Positions 14,886 to 28,717 of a DNA stretch of 61,924 nt are shown here, piece by piece. Below the pieces are notes generated by a model, which was given only the letters and a program-made list of their open reading frames with translations, searched no databases and had not been told where the DNA came from. The translations under genes were made by a program, and so were the position numbers. The stretch's first letter is position 1; each line of letters begins with the position of its first letter. This DNA comes from Eledone cirrhosa (lineage: Eukaryota). The stretch is from NCBI GenBank assembly GCA_964016885.1, contig CAXHJY010001724.1, positions 1 to 61,924 on the forward strand, given 5' to 3'.

Positions 14886-15517
14886 CCGGGTAGGGACCCC
14901 TCGAAAAACATCTTTCCCAGATGCGTGAGCGACGAGGAAACCGTTGCACACGAATTTGTGCACTGCTCGGGCATTGCCGATCTGTGGGGCTATGTCAAAC
15001 GACTGCTGTCACAATTGGGACCGATCCGGTTGACCACCGAGTCTATTGTAACGATCAAGCCGCCTCCCCTCTTCAAAAACGAAGGAGAGGTGGTGTTTCT
15101 GTGCGTAATAGCCATGGTGAAAGAGGTTGTATGGTGGACGCGTCTGAAAGGACTGAGGTCAGACACCTTTCTCTCTGGCCAACAACTGGTCCGTTTCTTC
15201 CGATATCATTTCGGAAGGATAATCAGGATAGAGAGAGAGGTGCTGCACCCCAACCGTTTTTATGAAAGATGGGTGAAAGTGGCGAGAATGGCCCGTGTTA
15301 ATGGGCCTTCAATCTATAGGTGAGGAAGATGAAAGATCAAGGGAGCACCCCCTCTCTGTGCTCCTGAGGAGCACAGAGGCGCCTCCTCCTTATTGAGGAT
15401 TTTGTTATTAAATTTATTTTTGTTATATTTTATATTTATATTTTCATGTTATGTAACCTCCCCCCCCATTGTACTTGTCCCACTCTTTGACGCCCTGGTG
15501 GCAAATAAAAAGAAAGT
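14886..15517 (+). mobile_element. 5'-truncated Tx1-like copy 1
   Basis: Matches the end of ORF2 (PGRDP...RVNGPS) and the 3' UTR; exact 17-bp TSD TATCTATCTATTTATCA at 14869-14885 and 15518-15534. Confidence 0.92.
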
Positions 15518-15557
15518 TATCTATCTATTTATCATTCTATCTATATATTTCTCTCTC

Positions 15558-15710
15558 GGATGTGTGTAACCCCTAAAACGCCTCGTCCTTATTGAGGACT
15601 GTATTGTTAATTTTATATTTGTTATTTATTTTTTACACCTTTCTTTATGTAAACTCCCCCCTTGTATTTGTCCCCTTCTTTTGTGCCCTCGTGGCAAATA
15701 AATAGAAACT
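15558..15710 (+). mobile_element. 5'-truncated Tx1-like copy 2 (3' UTR only, diverged)
   Basis: Similar to 22535-22725 and ends GTGGCAAATAAATAGAAACT; exact 20-bp TSD TATCTATATATTTCTCTCTC at 15538-15557 and 15711-15730. Confidence 0.85.
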
Positions 15711-15735
15711 TATCTATATATTTCTCTCTCTCTGC

Positions 15736-15813
<78 letters not shown>

Positions 15814-15888
15814 TTATTTATCTACCTATCTCTTTATCTGTCTATCTATCTATATATTTCTCTCTCTCTGCATCTATCTCCCAATCCC

Positions 15889-15959
<71 letters not shown>

Positions 15960-16946
15960 GGGCGCCTGGCACACCGAGTGTGCCCAGGCGCTCACGGCTC
16001 TCTGGCAGGCGGACCCGGCTGTCAGTGGAGAATCCACCGCGTCATTCTATAGAGGGCTGGTGGTTAGCAGGTGCGACGACGCCCTCAGAGAAGCCCTAGG
16101 CATGGAGGAAGACGAACTGGCCAACCTGTTCGGTAGGACATTCAGCCCGGGACCCATGGATAACTTCCAGAGGTCCCTGGCCTGGCAATGCTACAGAAGG
16201 GCTCTGCCCGTTCGAGAAAGGCTCTACAGATACGGGCGCCCGGGTAGGGACCCATCGAAAAAGATCTGTCCCAGATGCGTGTGCGACGAGGAAACCGTTG
16301 CACACGCATTGGTACACTGCTCGGGCATTGCCGATCTGGTGGCGCTATGTCGAACAACTGCTGTCAAGGGTGGGACCGATCCGGTTGACCACCGAGTCTA
16401 TTGTAACGATCAAGCCGCCTCCCCTCTTCAAAAACGAAGGAGAGACGGTGTTTCTGTGCGTAATAGCCATGGCGAAAGAGATTGTATGGTGGACGCGTCT
16501 GAAAGGACTGAGGTCAGACACCTTTCTCTCTGGCCAACAACTGGTCCGTTTCTTCCGATATCATTTCGGAAGAAGGATCAGGATGGAGAGAGAGGTGCTG
16601 CACCCCAGCCGTTTCTATGAAAGATGGGTGAAAGTGGCGAGAATGGCCCGTGTGAATGGGCCTTCACTCTACATCAGACTATAGGCGAGGAAGATGAAAC
16701 ACCAAGGGAGCACCCCTTCTCTGTGCTCCCGAGGAGAAGGGTTGCACACTTTTTTCGGGGGTGTATGCGACCCCCCAAGGCGCCTCCTCTCTATTGAGGA
16801 TTTTGTTATAATTTTATTTTTGTTATATTTGATTTGATTTTTATATATTGTTATTGCCTCCTCCCTATTGTGTACGCCTTGTTTTGTAAACTACCCCCAC
16901 TGTACTTGTCCCACTTTTGATGCCCTGGTGGCAAATAAAAGAAACA
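15960..16946 (+). mobile_element. 5'-truncated Tx1-like copy 3
   Basis: Highly similar to about 21738-22725, with a frameshift near 16338; pure (TATC)n on both sides. Confidence 0.93.
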
Positions 16947-17212
16947 TATCTATCTATCTATCTATCAATCTATCTATCTATCTATCTATCTATCTCTCTG
17001 GGATGGACACACGCGTATAACTTGCTGAGTAAGTTCTGTTTAAATTTCTATAGAAATTCTTGTCTGATAACTTTAATTTTTGTACCATTTTGTAGAGGGA
17101 CTGCCAGGTCAAACTTTGATCTGGTCAGTCTCTCAAAATATTCTACGCCTTTAGGCGAAATAGTTAAACAAAAAAAAAGTTTTTTCTTGTTGAAAAGTCA
17201 ATATTTTTTTAA

Positions 17213-19000
17213 ATGGCCGAAGCTTCTTCACCAAAATTCGAAGGAGGAAAGGGGAAGATGAACTTACAGCTTCCCCCTGCCACTGTCACAGTAGCAGAGG
17301 TCAAGAAGAAAGGTCAGCCAGAGGAAGAATTCTCTCCACCTGTTAACCGACAACTTGACGTTGCCATGGCAACAACTCAAAGAACCAGCAGCAACAGCAA
17401 CAACAACAATGCGACGGACGAAAACAACACCAATAACAATAACAATAACAACAACAAGACCAATAACGGTGACAACAACAACAATGATAACAACAACACC
17501 ACCAACGACAACAACAACACAAACAAACAAAATTTCTCCTTCGCCGAGACGACAAGGAAAACCCTCGACTATCTGCCAGTAGATATAACAAAAGCGAAGG
17601 AGCTACTGGCGGATGCGAAAAAATATATAGTGTACGGGGAAAATGGTTCATTCACAATCCATTCCCCCCCGGAACTAAAAAGCCAGAGACTCCTAAACAC
17701 GGTCATGTTTAGGACAATCTCGAACAAAAGTAAAAAACCAGCTCAACCATCACAGAGCGAGATAGAGCTGGTTTTAAAAGACGTCATGAAGGACATCACC
17801 TTCATTCAGAAGGATAGACTCTACGGGAGTCTATCCATTCTCATGAAGGACAGGGACACAGCAGTGAAACTGTCCATCAAACCAATCACATCCACCGCAT
17901 ACACCTTCTACCCTACGTACATGGGTAGAAGAACACAAAAAATAAAAATCCACACCATCCTGCCGATTATGGACATATGGTGGGTTTTGACAGGTTTTCT
18001 GGACCTGGAGGATGACATGCTGGTGTCCATGGGAAAGGCATCGGGTGACGCGTTCAGTGGAACGAGCCTCGAACTTGTAGTTCAAATGAGGCCCGAAAGG
18101 ATCGCCCAGATCCCTGAACGCGTCATACTGGATGATCTAACCTTCATCAACATTACCGTTGAGGGTAGACGGCCCTCGTGTTACCTCTGCGGAACCAGAG
18201 GTCACCTGAGGGCTGTCTGTCCCCAACTTAATAAGAAAACCCCAATCCTGCCTACACCACCAACAACTGCACAACCAACACAATCACCACAACTACCACT
18301 ACAAAAACAACCACCACAGCTCAAACCAAAACAAAACAATGTCCAACCCATCCCCTCCACTCAAAAAACAAAAACAATTTCCAAAACACCCGTACCGCAA
18401 ACACAACCCGAAAATATACCCCTCCCCTCCAACGCGGAAGATGACCCTAGTTCGTCGTCAGACGAGGAGGAGCACTTCCACACAATCAAAAGAAAAAAAA
18501 GAAAACACACCTCAGACACACAAATGAAAAAAAACCCTCCCCAAAACATAACACTGACACCAACACAAAAGAGCTCACAACAACAGCAAACAAAAAACAC
18601 CACACAAAAACAAAAACATGCATACACATACATAAATACAAGAAACAAAAAACTGTTAAACATTGTGTACAACAACAATCTAATAAAAACACAAGGGCCT
18701 AACTTCACCCAGGCAGGGGATTTCCCCCACCTCAAAATGATTAAGGCCCCACAGGACACCTATAAAACTTTAAAAAACAATTTTAAAGAGGACGTGGGTC
18801 CCCCCTGCGTCGGGCCCATTAACCGCGTCCTCCTAAAAAACTATCCCACCCCCTCCCCAAACACCCACACAACTCCAAGCTCCCCAACCACACATCACAC
18901 TGATGCCCCCACACTTCCACAAACCACCACCCCACCCAACAACCCATCCCCCACCCTAATGGAAATTGTGCAGCCCGATACCCGGGACGCAGAGAGGTAA
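17213..19000 (+). CDS. ORF1 nucleic-acid-binding (Gag-like) protein, 595 aa
   Basis: Open frame with a single CCHC knuckle CYLCGTRGHLRAVC preceded by INITVEGRRP; Asn/Thr- and Pro/Gln-rich low-complexity parts; basic KRKKRK patch. Confidence 0.88.
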   Translation: MAEASSPKFEGGKGKMNLQLPPATVTVAEVKKKGQPEEEFSPPVNRQLDVAMATTQRTSSNSNNNNATDENNTNNNNNNNNKTNNGDNNNNDNNNTTNDNNNTNKQNFSFAETTRKTLDYLPVDITKAKELLADAKKYIVYGENGSFTIHSPPELKSQRLLNTVMFRTISNKSKKPAQPSQSEIELVLKDVMKDITFIQKDRLYGSLSILMKDRDTAVKLSIKPITSTAYTFYPTYMGRRTQKIKIHTILPIMDIWWVLTGFLDLEDDMLVSMGKASGDAFSGTSLELVVQMRPERIAQIPERVILDDLTFINITVEGRRPSCYLCGTRGHLRAVCPQLNKKTPILPTPPTTAQPTQSPQLPLQKQPPQLKPKQNNVQPIPSTQKTKTISKTPVPQTQPENIPLPSNAEDDPSSSSDEEEHFHTIKRKKRKHTSDTQMKKNPPQNITLTPTQKSSQQQQTKNTTQKQKHAYTYINTRNKKLLNIVYNNNLIKTQGPNFTQAGDFPHLKMIKAPQDTYKTLKNNFKEDVGPPCVGPINRVLLKNYPTPSPNTHTTPSSPTTHHTDAPTLPQTTTPPNNPSPTLMEIVQPDTRDAER

Positions 19001-19024
19001 GTGCCTTTTCTCTTCACCACCAAC

Positions 19025-22000
19025 ATGGCTATGCTAAGAGTAGGCTGTTTAAATGCGCGTGGCCTGGGCTCAACTTGGAAGCAAGCAATGCTTCTAAATG
19101 ACCTCAGGTCACAATCTATAAATGTGATGGTTATCTGCGAGGCCCGGATCAGCAGCATGCGACAGCTAGCCCCCACCTTTGACGACTTTGAGATGCACGC
19201 ATCTCTCTGTCAGCCCGGAGGTGGGGGTGGGGTTGTCGTTCTGCTGTAAAAACATATGGGCCTTGCAACACAGATAGTTCACTTGGACCCAGGGGGTCGA
19301 CTGGTGGTGCTGGACCTTGGCAGTGGTGAAGGTAGAGCCCTTAGGCTGATAGCCGCATATGCCCCTTTTGGGACAGAGCGGCCCGACTTTTTCCAGCGTC
19401 TGGAGTCTTTTCTAGGGACGTCCCGTTCCCTGCTTTTAGTGGGGGATTGGAATGGTATCCTGGATGCACGTTGGGACTATGCAGGGGCATGTCCCGATAG
19501 AGAGGGGTGCAACAGCCTCAAGGGGTTACTCGGCCGATTTGACCTGGCCGATAGATTTCGACTAGATTTTCCGACGGTGCCAACCTGGTCTTGGTCAAAT
19601 CGCAGCGGATCATCTAGATCGTACCTAGATAGATTTTTAGTTAGAAATAAGGACAGGGACTTTTTAAGTTGTCCAGAAATGCTCATGGTTGGCTATTCAG
19701 ACCACAAGTTGGTGACCTGCATGGTCAACCTTGATAGAACGCATAGACAGGGCCCCGGTTACTGGAAGCTCAACTTGTCCTTGCCGGCAAGTAGAGCCTA
19801 CAGGAATCGGATTAGTACGTTAGTTAAGGAACGGTTGACTGGAGCGATCGTCAACAGCAGGTGGTGGGTATCTCTAAAGAGAGAGATTAGAGTAGTCTCG
19901 ATTGAATTTAGTAAGGTTCTAGCTGCGGATAGGAATAGGAAGGAAAGGGAGCTAATAGATAGAGTAGAAGAGGCAATTAGAAGCGGCGACGTGGCCAGAG
20001 TGCTAGCGTCGAGAACGGCTTTGAGCCAGTTTTTCAACGAGAAGCACGAAGGCTGCGTTGTCCGAAGTAAAATACGTGCTCTAGGGAACGAGGGGGCCAA
20101 AGCTGTTAGCTGGGCCCGCGTGACAGAGGCCAACAGTGGAACTAAATCCACCATCCGGTCTTTGCGAGACCTGGATGGACGGGCGATTCTTGAGCCTAAG
20201 CAGATGTGTGAGGCCTTTCAAAGGCACTTTGCCCGACTGTTCGGGAGGGGCGGGGAGCCGGTTGGAAACGTGGACTTCGGTCCATACCTCGACGGCCTGC
20301 CGCGCCTCTCGGACAGGGAGGCGAAGTCTTGCGAGGAGCCGATTTCGGCCGCTGAGATAGAGAACGTGCTGGGCCAATGCGGCAAACGCAAATCCCCGGG
20401 TCTCGATGGTCTTCCTTACGAATTATATCTAGCTATGCCGGACTTGTTCCCCGATCTCCTCGAGGCGGTCTACTGCAACTGGCAACAGAACGGGAGAATT
20501 CCCTGTACTGTGACCAAGGGCGTAGTCACGCTAGTGAGGAAGGACGAGAACAAGGGGGACGAAATAAGTAACTTCAGGCCCATAACTCTGCTAAATACAG
20601 AGTTACAGATTTTGGCCAAGGTGCTAGCAAAGAGGTTGGCGCTTGTCGTGGGCAACCTGGTGGGAGATGCGCAGACATGCGCTATCCCGTCCAGGTCCAT
20701 CCATGACAACCTCCACCTCATGCGATACATCATAGAGAGGGTTGGGAACGAACCCGGCTTTGGTGGGGCTCTGATCAACTTGGATCAATCTAAGGCGTTC
20801 GATAGGGTCGACCATGGTTACCTGGATGCGGTGCTAGCGGCGGCAGGCTTCGGACCCGTTTTCAGGGGCTGGATCACTGCTATGCACAGCAGCCGCATCT
20901 GCTCTAGGGTCAAGGTGAACGGCTACCTCTCGGAGCCGTTCAAAATCGCGCGGTCCATCCGACAAGGGTGCCCTCTCTCCTCCCTTCTGTATGTGTTGAC
21001 TCTCGAGCCACTACTGCGGAAGTTGGAGTTGTTGCAGGGCATCCCTTTGGAACCGGGATTGCGGAAAGCGGTGTCGGCCTACGCCGATGACGTGACAGTA
21101 ATGGTGTCGACGGCCTCCGAAATCGAGGCGGTCGGCACCTTACTGGAGGAGTACGAAAAGTTCACAGGGGCTAAGCTGAACCGGGACAAGTCGATCGGTT
21201 TGCAACTCGGCACGTGGAGGGGCAGACCGATGCCCTCCGATGGCGTCGTCGGACGCTGGACGGAGGGCCCGGTGAAGTTGCTCGGGGTCTGGTTCGGACC
21301 GGACCTCCAGGTGGAGAAAAACTGGGCGGAGGTTACGAACAGGGTGTTTGCACTGACCCAGAAGTGGGCCAGTTGCAAACTATCCCTGAAAGGTCGGGCG
21401 GAGGTGGCGAACACCTACATAGCGTCCGTCATCTACTACCGCCTGACCGTAGTGCCCTGCCCAAGGGAAACCCTCACCAAGATGGAGCGCGCGCTCTTCC
21501 AATTCCTTTGGAAGAGGCGGGCTCCTATGGTGAGGAGATCCATCTGCTGTCAACACCCTTCGAAAGGAGGGCTGGGGATGCCGTGGCTAATGATGCGTAA
21601 ACACGCATTAAGGCTACGGCACCTCTACGTATTCCTCACCGGACAGCCGGTGTGGGCCTCGTTTGTGAGACGAACCTTTCCCAGACTCGTCTCACTCACC
21701 GAGCTGCAATCCTGGGTCAAGCAAAGACCGAGAAAACTGGGCGCCTGGCACACTGAGTGTGCCCAGGCGCTCACCGCCCTCTGGCAGGCGGATCCGGTTA
21801 TCAGTGGAGACTCCACCGCAACATTCTATAGAGGGCTGGTACGCAGCAGGTGCGACGACGCCCTCGGAGAAGCCCTAGACATGGAGGAGGACGAACTGGC
21901 CAGCCTGTTCGGTAGGACATTCAGCCCGGGACCTATGGACAACTTCCAGAAGTCCCTGGCCTGGCAGTGCTACCGAGGGGCTTTACCCGTTCGAGAAAGG

Positions 22001-22462
22001 CTCTACAGACACGGGCGCCCGGGTAGGGACCCCGCCAAAAAGATCTGTCCCAGATGCGTGTGCGACGAGGAAACCGTTGCACACGCATTGGTACACTGCT
22101 CGGGCGTAGCCGATCTGTGGGGCTATGTCGAACAACTGCTGTCAAGGGTGGGACCGATCCGGTTGACCACCGAGTCTATTGTAATGATCAAGCCGCCTCC
22201 CCCCTTCAAAGATGAAGCAGAGGCGGTGTTTCTGTGCGTAATAGCCATGGCGAAAGAGGTTGTATGGTGGACGCGTCTGAAAGGACTGAGGTCAGGCACC
22301 TTTCTCTCTGGCCAACAACTGGTCCGTTTCTTCCGATATCATTTCGGAAGAAGGATCAGGATGGAGAGAGAGGTGCTGCACCCCAGTCGTTTTTATGAAA
22401 GGTGGGTGAAAGTGGCGAGAATGGCCCGTGTGAATGGGCCTTCTCTTTACATAAGCCTGTAG
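19025..22462 (+). pseudogene. ORF2: AP endonuclease + reverse transcriptase + C-terminal zinc finger, with one in-frame TAA at 19247-19249
   Basis: APE motifs LNARGL, VGDWN, SYLDRFLV, SDH; GPGYWKLN linker; RT motifs KSPGLDG, NFRPITLLN, LDQSKAFDRV, RQGCPLS, AYADDV; CPRC...ETVAHALVHC. ORF-track entries 19001-19249 and 19256-22462 share one frame. Confidence 0.93.
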
Positions 22463-22879
22463 GTGGAAAAGAGGAAGGAACGAGGGAGCACCCCCTCTCT
22501 GTGCTCCTGAGGAAAAGGGTTGCACACTTTTTTCGGGGGTGTGTGCGACCCCCCAAGGCGCCTCCTCTCTATTGAGGATTTTGTTAAAAATTTTATTTTT
22601 GTTATATCTTATTTTATTTTTATATTTTGTTATTGCCTCCTCCTTATTGAGGACGCCTTTTTGTGTAAACTCCCCCCTTTGTACTTGTCCCACTTTTGAT
22701 GCCCTAGTGGCAAATAAAAGAAACTTATCTATCTATTTATCTATCTATCTCCCAATCCCTCTATCTACATATCTACTTATCTATGTCACTCTGTCTCAAT
22801 CTACTTACTCCTAAATGGTTGACTGAATACACATGCACTTTTTCTAAATTTTGTATCTTCCTTTCATCTTTTATTAATA

Positions 22880-23008
22880 ATTCTATCTTCTGATAAAGGC
22901 CTAGTGTCCGAAACGTAAAGATTCTTTTCTTACTATATCAAGCGTTAAACTAATACATTTCTTTAATGTACCCTTTTTGTTTGTTTTATCGTTTACGTTA
23001 ATGTTTTG
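22880..23008 (+). mobile_element. Short hammerhead-bearing repeat, diverged (core CTGATAA)
   Basis: atctt CTGATAA aggcc tagt gtcc GAAAC GTA aagat; downstream similar to 58549-58620. Confidence 0.6.
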
Positions 23009-23559
23009 CACACACACACACACACAACATAAACACACACACTCACACTCACACACACCCACACACACACCTACACACACACACACACACACACATATAT
23101 CTGTTTAACATTTAATAAAAAAAAACGAATGGAGGATGTCGATGATGTTCTTATTAGAATTGAATTTAATAAATTTGTCTTTCTGTCAAACTATGGTAGT
23201 AAATTAAATTTCAAATTTATGGAGCTGGAAAACTTAACCCACCGCCATTCCACATAAATGAACCCACTATTTCCATAACCAACACCACCACCAACACGTT
23301 CATACTTTTTATTAAATGTTTCATATATATTGGTATAAATGCATACACACTATTTTTTTGGCCAGTTTTTGATTAAGCCCCGTTAGACTAATCTTGAAGC
23401 CATAGTCAAACTTTATGACAACCAATAAATTTGAATCTACTACCAGTATGGTGCCGCTATGTGGGTTTTATTGTCAAACAAACCTATAACACGCAAACAT
23501 ATAGACACATGGATACACACACACACATATACGCAAGTACACACACGCATATATATACA

Positions 23560-23618
<59 letters not shown>

Positions 23619-23706
23619 TTACTTTTACACACATATATATATATACACATATATATATAGAGAGACAGAAAGATTTATACATAGACTCACACATATACAT
23701 ATATAT

Positions 23707-23803
<97 letters not shown>

Positions 23804-24134
23804 GTGTGTGTGTGTGTGATTGTCAGAAGCAATAAAACACTGTTTGTCACTTGGGTAAAAAATACTTTAATGAAAATTTATATATAATTTTAATCAAGTG
23901 ATTTCGACTTTCATGGGGCTCATCAATATATATATATATATGTATATATATTTATAAAAATACATATACACACACAAATATATATATATATATATATACA
24001 TTTTATATATATATATATAAACATACGAATACGCTTATATGCATTTGTTTAGTTGTGTGTAAAGTTTCATAAGCTTAAATCCTCAATTCACTTCATCTGA
24101 AATCTCATTTTGCGAGAAAGGAAAAAAGTTATAG

Positions 24135-24198
<64 letters not shown>

Positions 24199-24327
24199 AT
24201 ATGCCGTATATACACTCATGCAGAGAAACATAAAATCACGCACGCATACATATACGCTTGCATGCATACACACACACAGACACACGCACATTCATGTATG
24301 ATTACACATATACATCGATACACACAG

Positions 24328-24409
<82 letters not shown>

Positions 24410-24464
24410 GTATATATGAGACACACATATGTGAAACGCATATTAGACAACTCGCTTAAATCAA

Positions 24465-24517
<53 letters not shown>

Positions 24518-24540
24518 TACATATATATATATATATAAAT

Positions 24541-24723
<183 letters not shown>

Positions 24724-26043
24724 AAATCATGTGTATATTTTTATACGTAATTATCTGCAGTGCACACATACGTACGCACATGCACAGAACCCCCCCACAC
24801 ACGCGCACGCTCATGTATATATATATAATATATATATATATACACGCATGTATTCACGCGCACATACCTGCATGAATAAATATACATATACACACACACA
24901 CACACACATATATATGCATGTATGCACACATACATGCATAATTGCACAGGCACACACACACACATATATTTATATGGCGAGAGATAGAGGAAATGATTAT
25001 ATTTTATTTTTATACGTATTTCTGTACATACACACATATATAAAACCTAAATTAGACTACCCCATATCTATCTCTTTCTCTCACATGTATTTCAGTTTTT
25101 CTATAATTTTATATCATTTTGTTATTGCTGCTGTTGTTGTTGTCGTCGTCGTTTTTGTTGTCTCTCCCCATCGCCACCACTTTTCCTCTTTTCATTTCTG
25201 AAGAATCTAATAACACGGCATCCACTCAAAAATGGCGGCTACGCTAGAATTTCACGGTGCTTCACAGAAGAATCCTATTTTGTGAGAGCAAAGGAACCAC
25301 AACAGGAAGTTAATTTATTTCAAATCTGTTATCCTCCACAAGCAATCATGTAGAGATGTTGTATCTTTGAAAATCACAATATCCTTTGGCAGAGAGCAAG
25401 GAGGGGTGAAGAAATAATAATAATAATAATAATGATATGATGAAGAAGAGAGAAAAAAGAGAGACAGAGAGAGAGGGAGAAAGAGAGAGGAGGAGAGAGA
25501 TTAAGCGGAAGAGATAGAGTAAGATAAAGAAGGAGAGGAGAGTAAGGCAGAGGGAGAGAAGAATAAGGCAGGGGGAGAGAAAGAGCAAAGAGGGGTGAAG
25601 AAATAATAATAATAATAATATGATGAAGAAAAGAGAGACAGAGAGTGGTAGAGGGAGAGGGGGAGATAGATTAAGAGGGAGAGAGAGGTAGAGTAAGAGG
25701 GAGAAAGAGGGAGAGTAAAGTGGAAGAGAGAAAAATAGAGAGGGAGAGAAAAAGCATGGACGGGTGAATAAAGAAAAAAAAGAATATGAAGAAAAGAAAA
25801 AAATAATATGATGAAGAAAAGAGAGAAAGTGAGAAAGAGAGAAATATTGTAATAGGGAGATGGACAGTAAGAGGGCGATAAAGTGGAAGAAGGAGAGGAG
25901 AGGGAGAGAAGAGTAAGATGGAGAGGAAGAGGGTGAATTAAGAGGAAGGGTGAATTAAGAGGAAGGGGAGATGGAGAGGTAAAGAGAAGGTGTGTATGAA
26001 GAGTGAAATAGAAAATTAAAAAGAGACACACTTAAACACACGT

Positions 26044-26110
<67 letters not shown>

Positions 26111-26596
26111 CAGGCACGTACACACATATGTACACACTCTTACCTACAGACACATGTACTCACATACACACAGGCACACACACATGTACACACACACGTA
26201 CACAGACACGTACACAGATACATGTAAACACACAGTTACACACACATACACACGTTCACACTCACATACACGAACAGACACTCAAACACGCTCATTCACA
26301 CGTACACAGAGGTATACGCACGTTCACACTCACGTACAGACACACCTACATACGCACGAACAAACACTCAAACACACACACGTATACATACGTACACACA
26401 TACACATACACATGTACACACACATGTACACGCACACGTATACACATACATGTACACACACACACAGAAGAAGTGAGAGAGAAGGAGTGAAGACAGAAAC
26501 GGAAAAAGAGTGTAAAAATTTAAAAGGATAGAATAGAGACAACAGAGAGGGACGTAATATACATAGAGAGAAAGTGAGGGGGGAAAGAAAGGAGAG

Positions 26597-26642
<46 letters not shown>

Positions 26643-26738
26643 GGGCGGGGGAATAAATAAAGCATTGAGATAAGACAGCTTAGAGAAAAGATAGACGGAG
26701 AGAATGTAGAGGAAGAAGTATATATATATATATATACG

Positions 26739-26798
<60 letters not shown>

Positions 26799-26907
26799 TA
26801 TGAAGAGACGGCGAGAATGAGAGAGAGGAGAGGCCGGAAGATAAAGAGAGAGAGATAGAAAGAGAGAATGGGAGATGTTAATTGGCAGAAAGAACGAAAA
26901 TAAATAA

Positions 26908-26986
<79 letters not shown>

Positions 26987-27317
26987 TGGTAGGGAGAGAG
27001 AGAGAGAGAGAGAGCTCGATAGACCAAGAGAGAAAGAAAGAAAAAAAAGGGAGTGAGAAATATTTAAAGAAAGAAATCTCAATGTAGGGATTCGTTCATT
27101 GAATAGAAAATGGCGCCTATAAGTAATTTCTCACTTTTCTAACATCCATCTTGTATTGAAGAGCGGGAATACAATGTTAAGACGTAAAGATTTTCTTTAT
27201 CTTTTCATTTATTTTGCTTGCTTCCTTCTTTTACCTACTTACAAATATCCTTGCATGTGTATTTATGTATTTATTTAGTTCGTCAGATTTGTACTATATC
27301 AATATATATATGTGTGT

Positions 27318-27358
<41 letters not shown>

Positions 27359-27641
27359 AATTTATATATATATAAATTTATATATATATAAATTTATATA
27401 TTTGTATATATATATATATATGTATATAAATTTATATATATATGCAAATTTATATATATATATATAAATTTATATATATATATACACATTTATATATATA
27501 TATATATATATGTATACATATATATATGTATGTATATACATTGACATGTATATGTGTATATATATGTATATATATATGTTGATATGTATATGTGTATATA
27601 TATATGCGTATATATATATGTATGTACATATATATATATAC

Positions 27642-27699
<58 letters not shown>

Positions 27700-27716
27700 G
27701 TGTATATATATATGTG

Positions 27717-27793
<77 letters not shown>

Positions 27794-27910
27794 TTGTGGA
27801 TATATATAATGTGTCTGTGTCTATATCTTACCTTCCTTCATACCTATATGCATATATAATCACACACATACACACGTTATATAAATATATACATACATAC
27901 ATGCGTACAA

Positions 27911-27947
<37 letters not shown>

Positions 27948-28600
27948 TAATCATATTGAATAGCGTATGTCAGTAAATAAATTTACTAGGAATATGTGCT
28001 AAAAAGATGAAACGATGAATGGCGGGAAAAAAGATCAAAAAAAGGAGATGAAGCAAGGAAGAGAAATGTGATGAAGATGAAAGAAAATGGAGAACGATCC
28101 GTGAAGGAAAAGATGAAGGAAAGGGGATGAATGTGAATACGGAAATGAATTAGATTTTGAAAGCTGACGTTGATGGGGGTGATGAGGATGCTAGGGTGTG
28201 TTTAGATTAGGAGCAGGTATAGAAACGAGTGGGAGAAAAGAGGGAAGAAGAGGAAGAAGAAAAGAATGAAGGTAACACAAGCAGCAGTGATAAATCTTCG
28301 TAGGGGTTATGGAAGAAAATGAAGGTCGAAATAAGGGTAGAGTTATTTAACTATATAGACATAATAGTTATATCTAAAATGTACCCTAAACAAATTTAGT
28401 TTATGGTCGGAATTCCTTCCGATTTTTCAGCAAATTTGCTCAGCCGGATTGACGGCTCTTTCGCCAGAATGATTACAGTTATCACCGAATCCTGTTTGCA
28501 GCCATTGTTGAAATAATTTCGTTACCCTTTAAGACATCCAGGGAAAATGCACATACATGCAACTCAGTATTTGCATACACACATATACCATTATATAGAT

Positions 28601-28635
<35 letters not shown>

Positions 28636-28717
28636 GTAGGAGGTGAGTTTTATTGTAGTACAATAAAGCAATGCAGATATCGGATAAGAAGCACTCTACA
28701 GTTTGTAGATATATGTA

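Larger units (their letters stand above)
17000..22725 (+). mobile_element. Near-full-length Tx1/L1-group non-LTR retrotransposon inserted in (TATC)n
   Basis: About 210 nt 5' UTR, ORF1 with zinc knuckle, ORF2 APE-RT-zinc finger, and a 3' UTR ending AATAAAAGAAACT directly followed by TATCTATC; (TATC)n on both flanks. Confidence 0.95.

Noticed and set aside
15872-22767. Identical 25-mer ATCTATCTCCCAATCCCTCTATCTA at 15872-15896 and 22743-22767 as a possible TSD
   Set aside because: Not adjacent to element ends; more likely a pre-existing variant unit of the TATC tract
25225-25312. YY1-like AAAATGGCGGC and ETS-like CAGGAAGT motifs suggesting a promoter
   Set aside because: Short motifs only; the ATG frame closes quickly and no linked gene is identifiable
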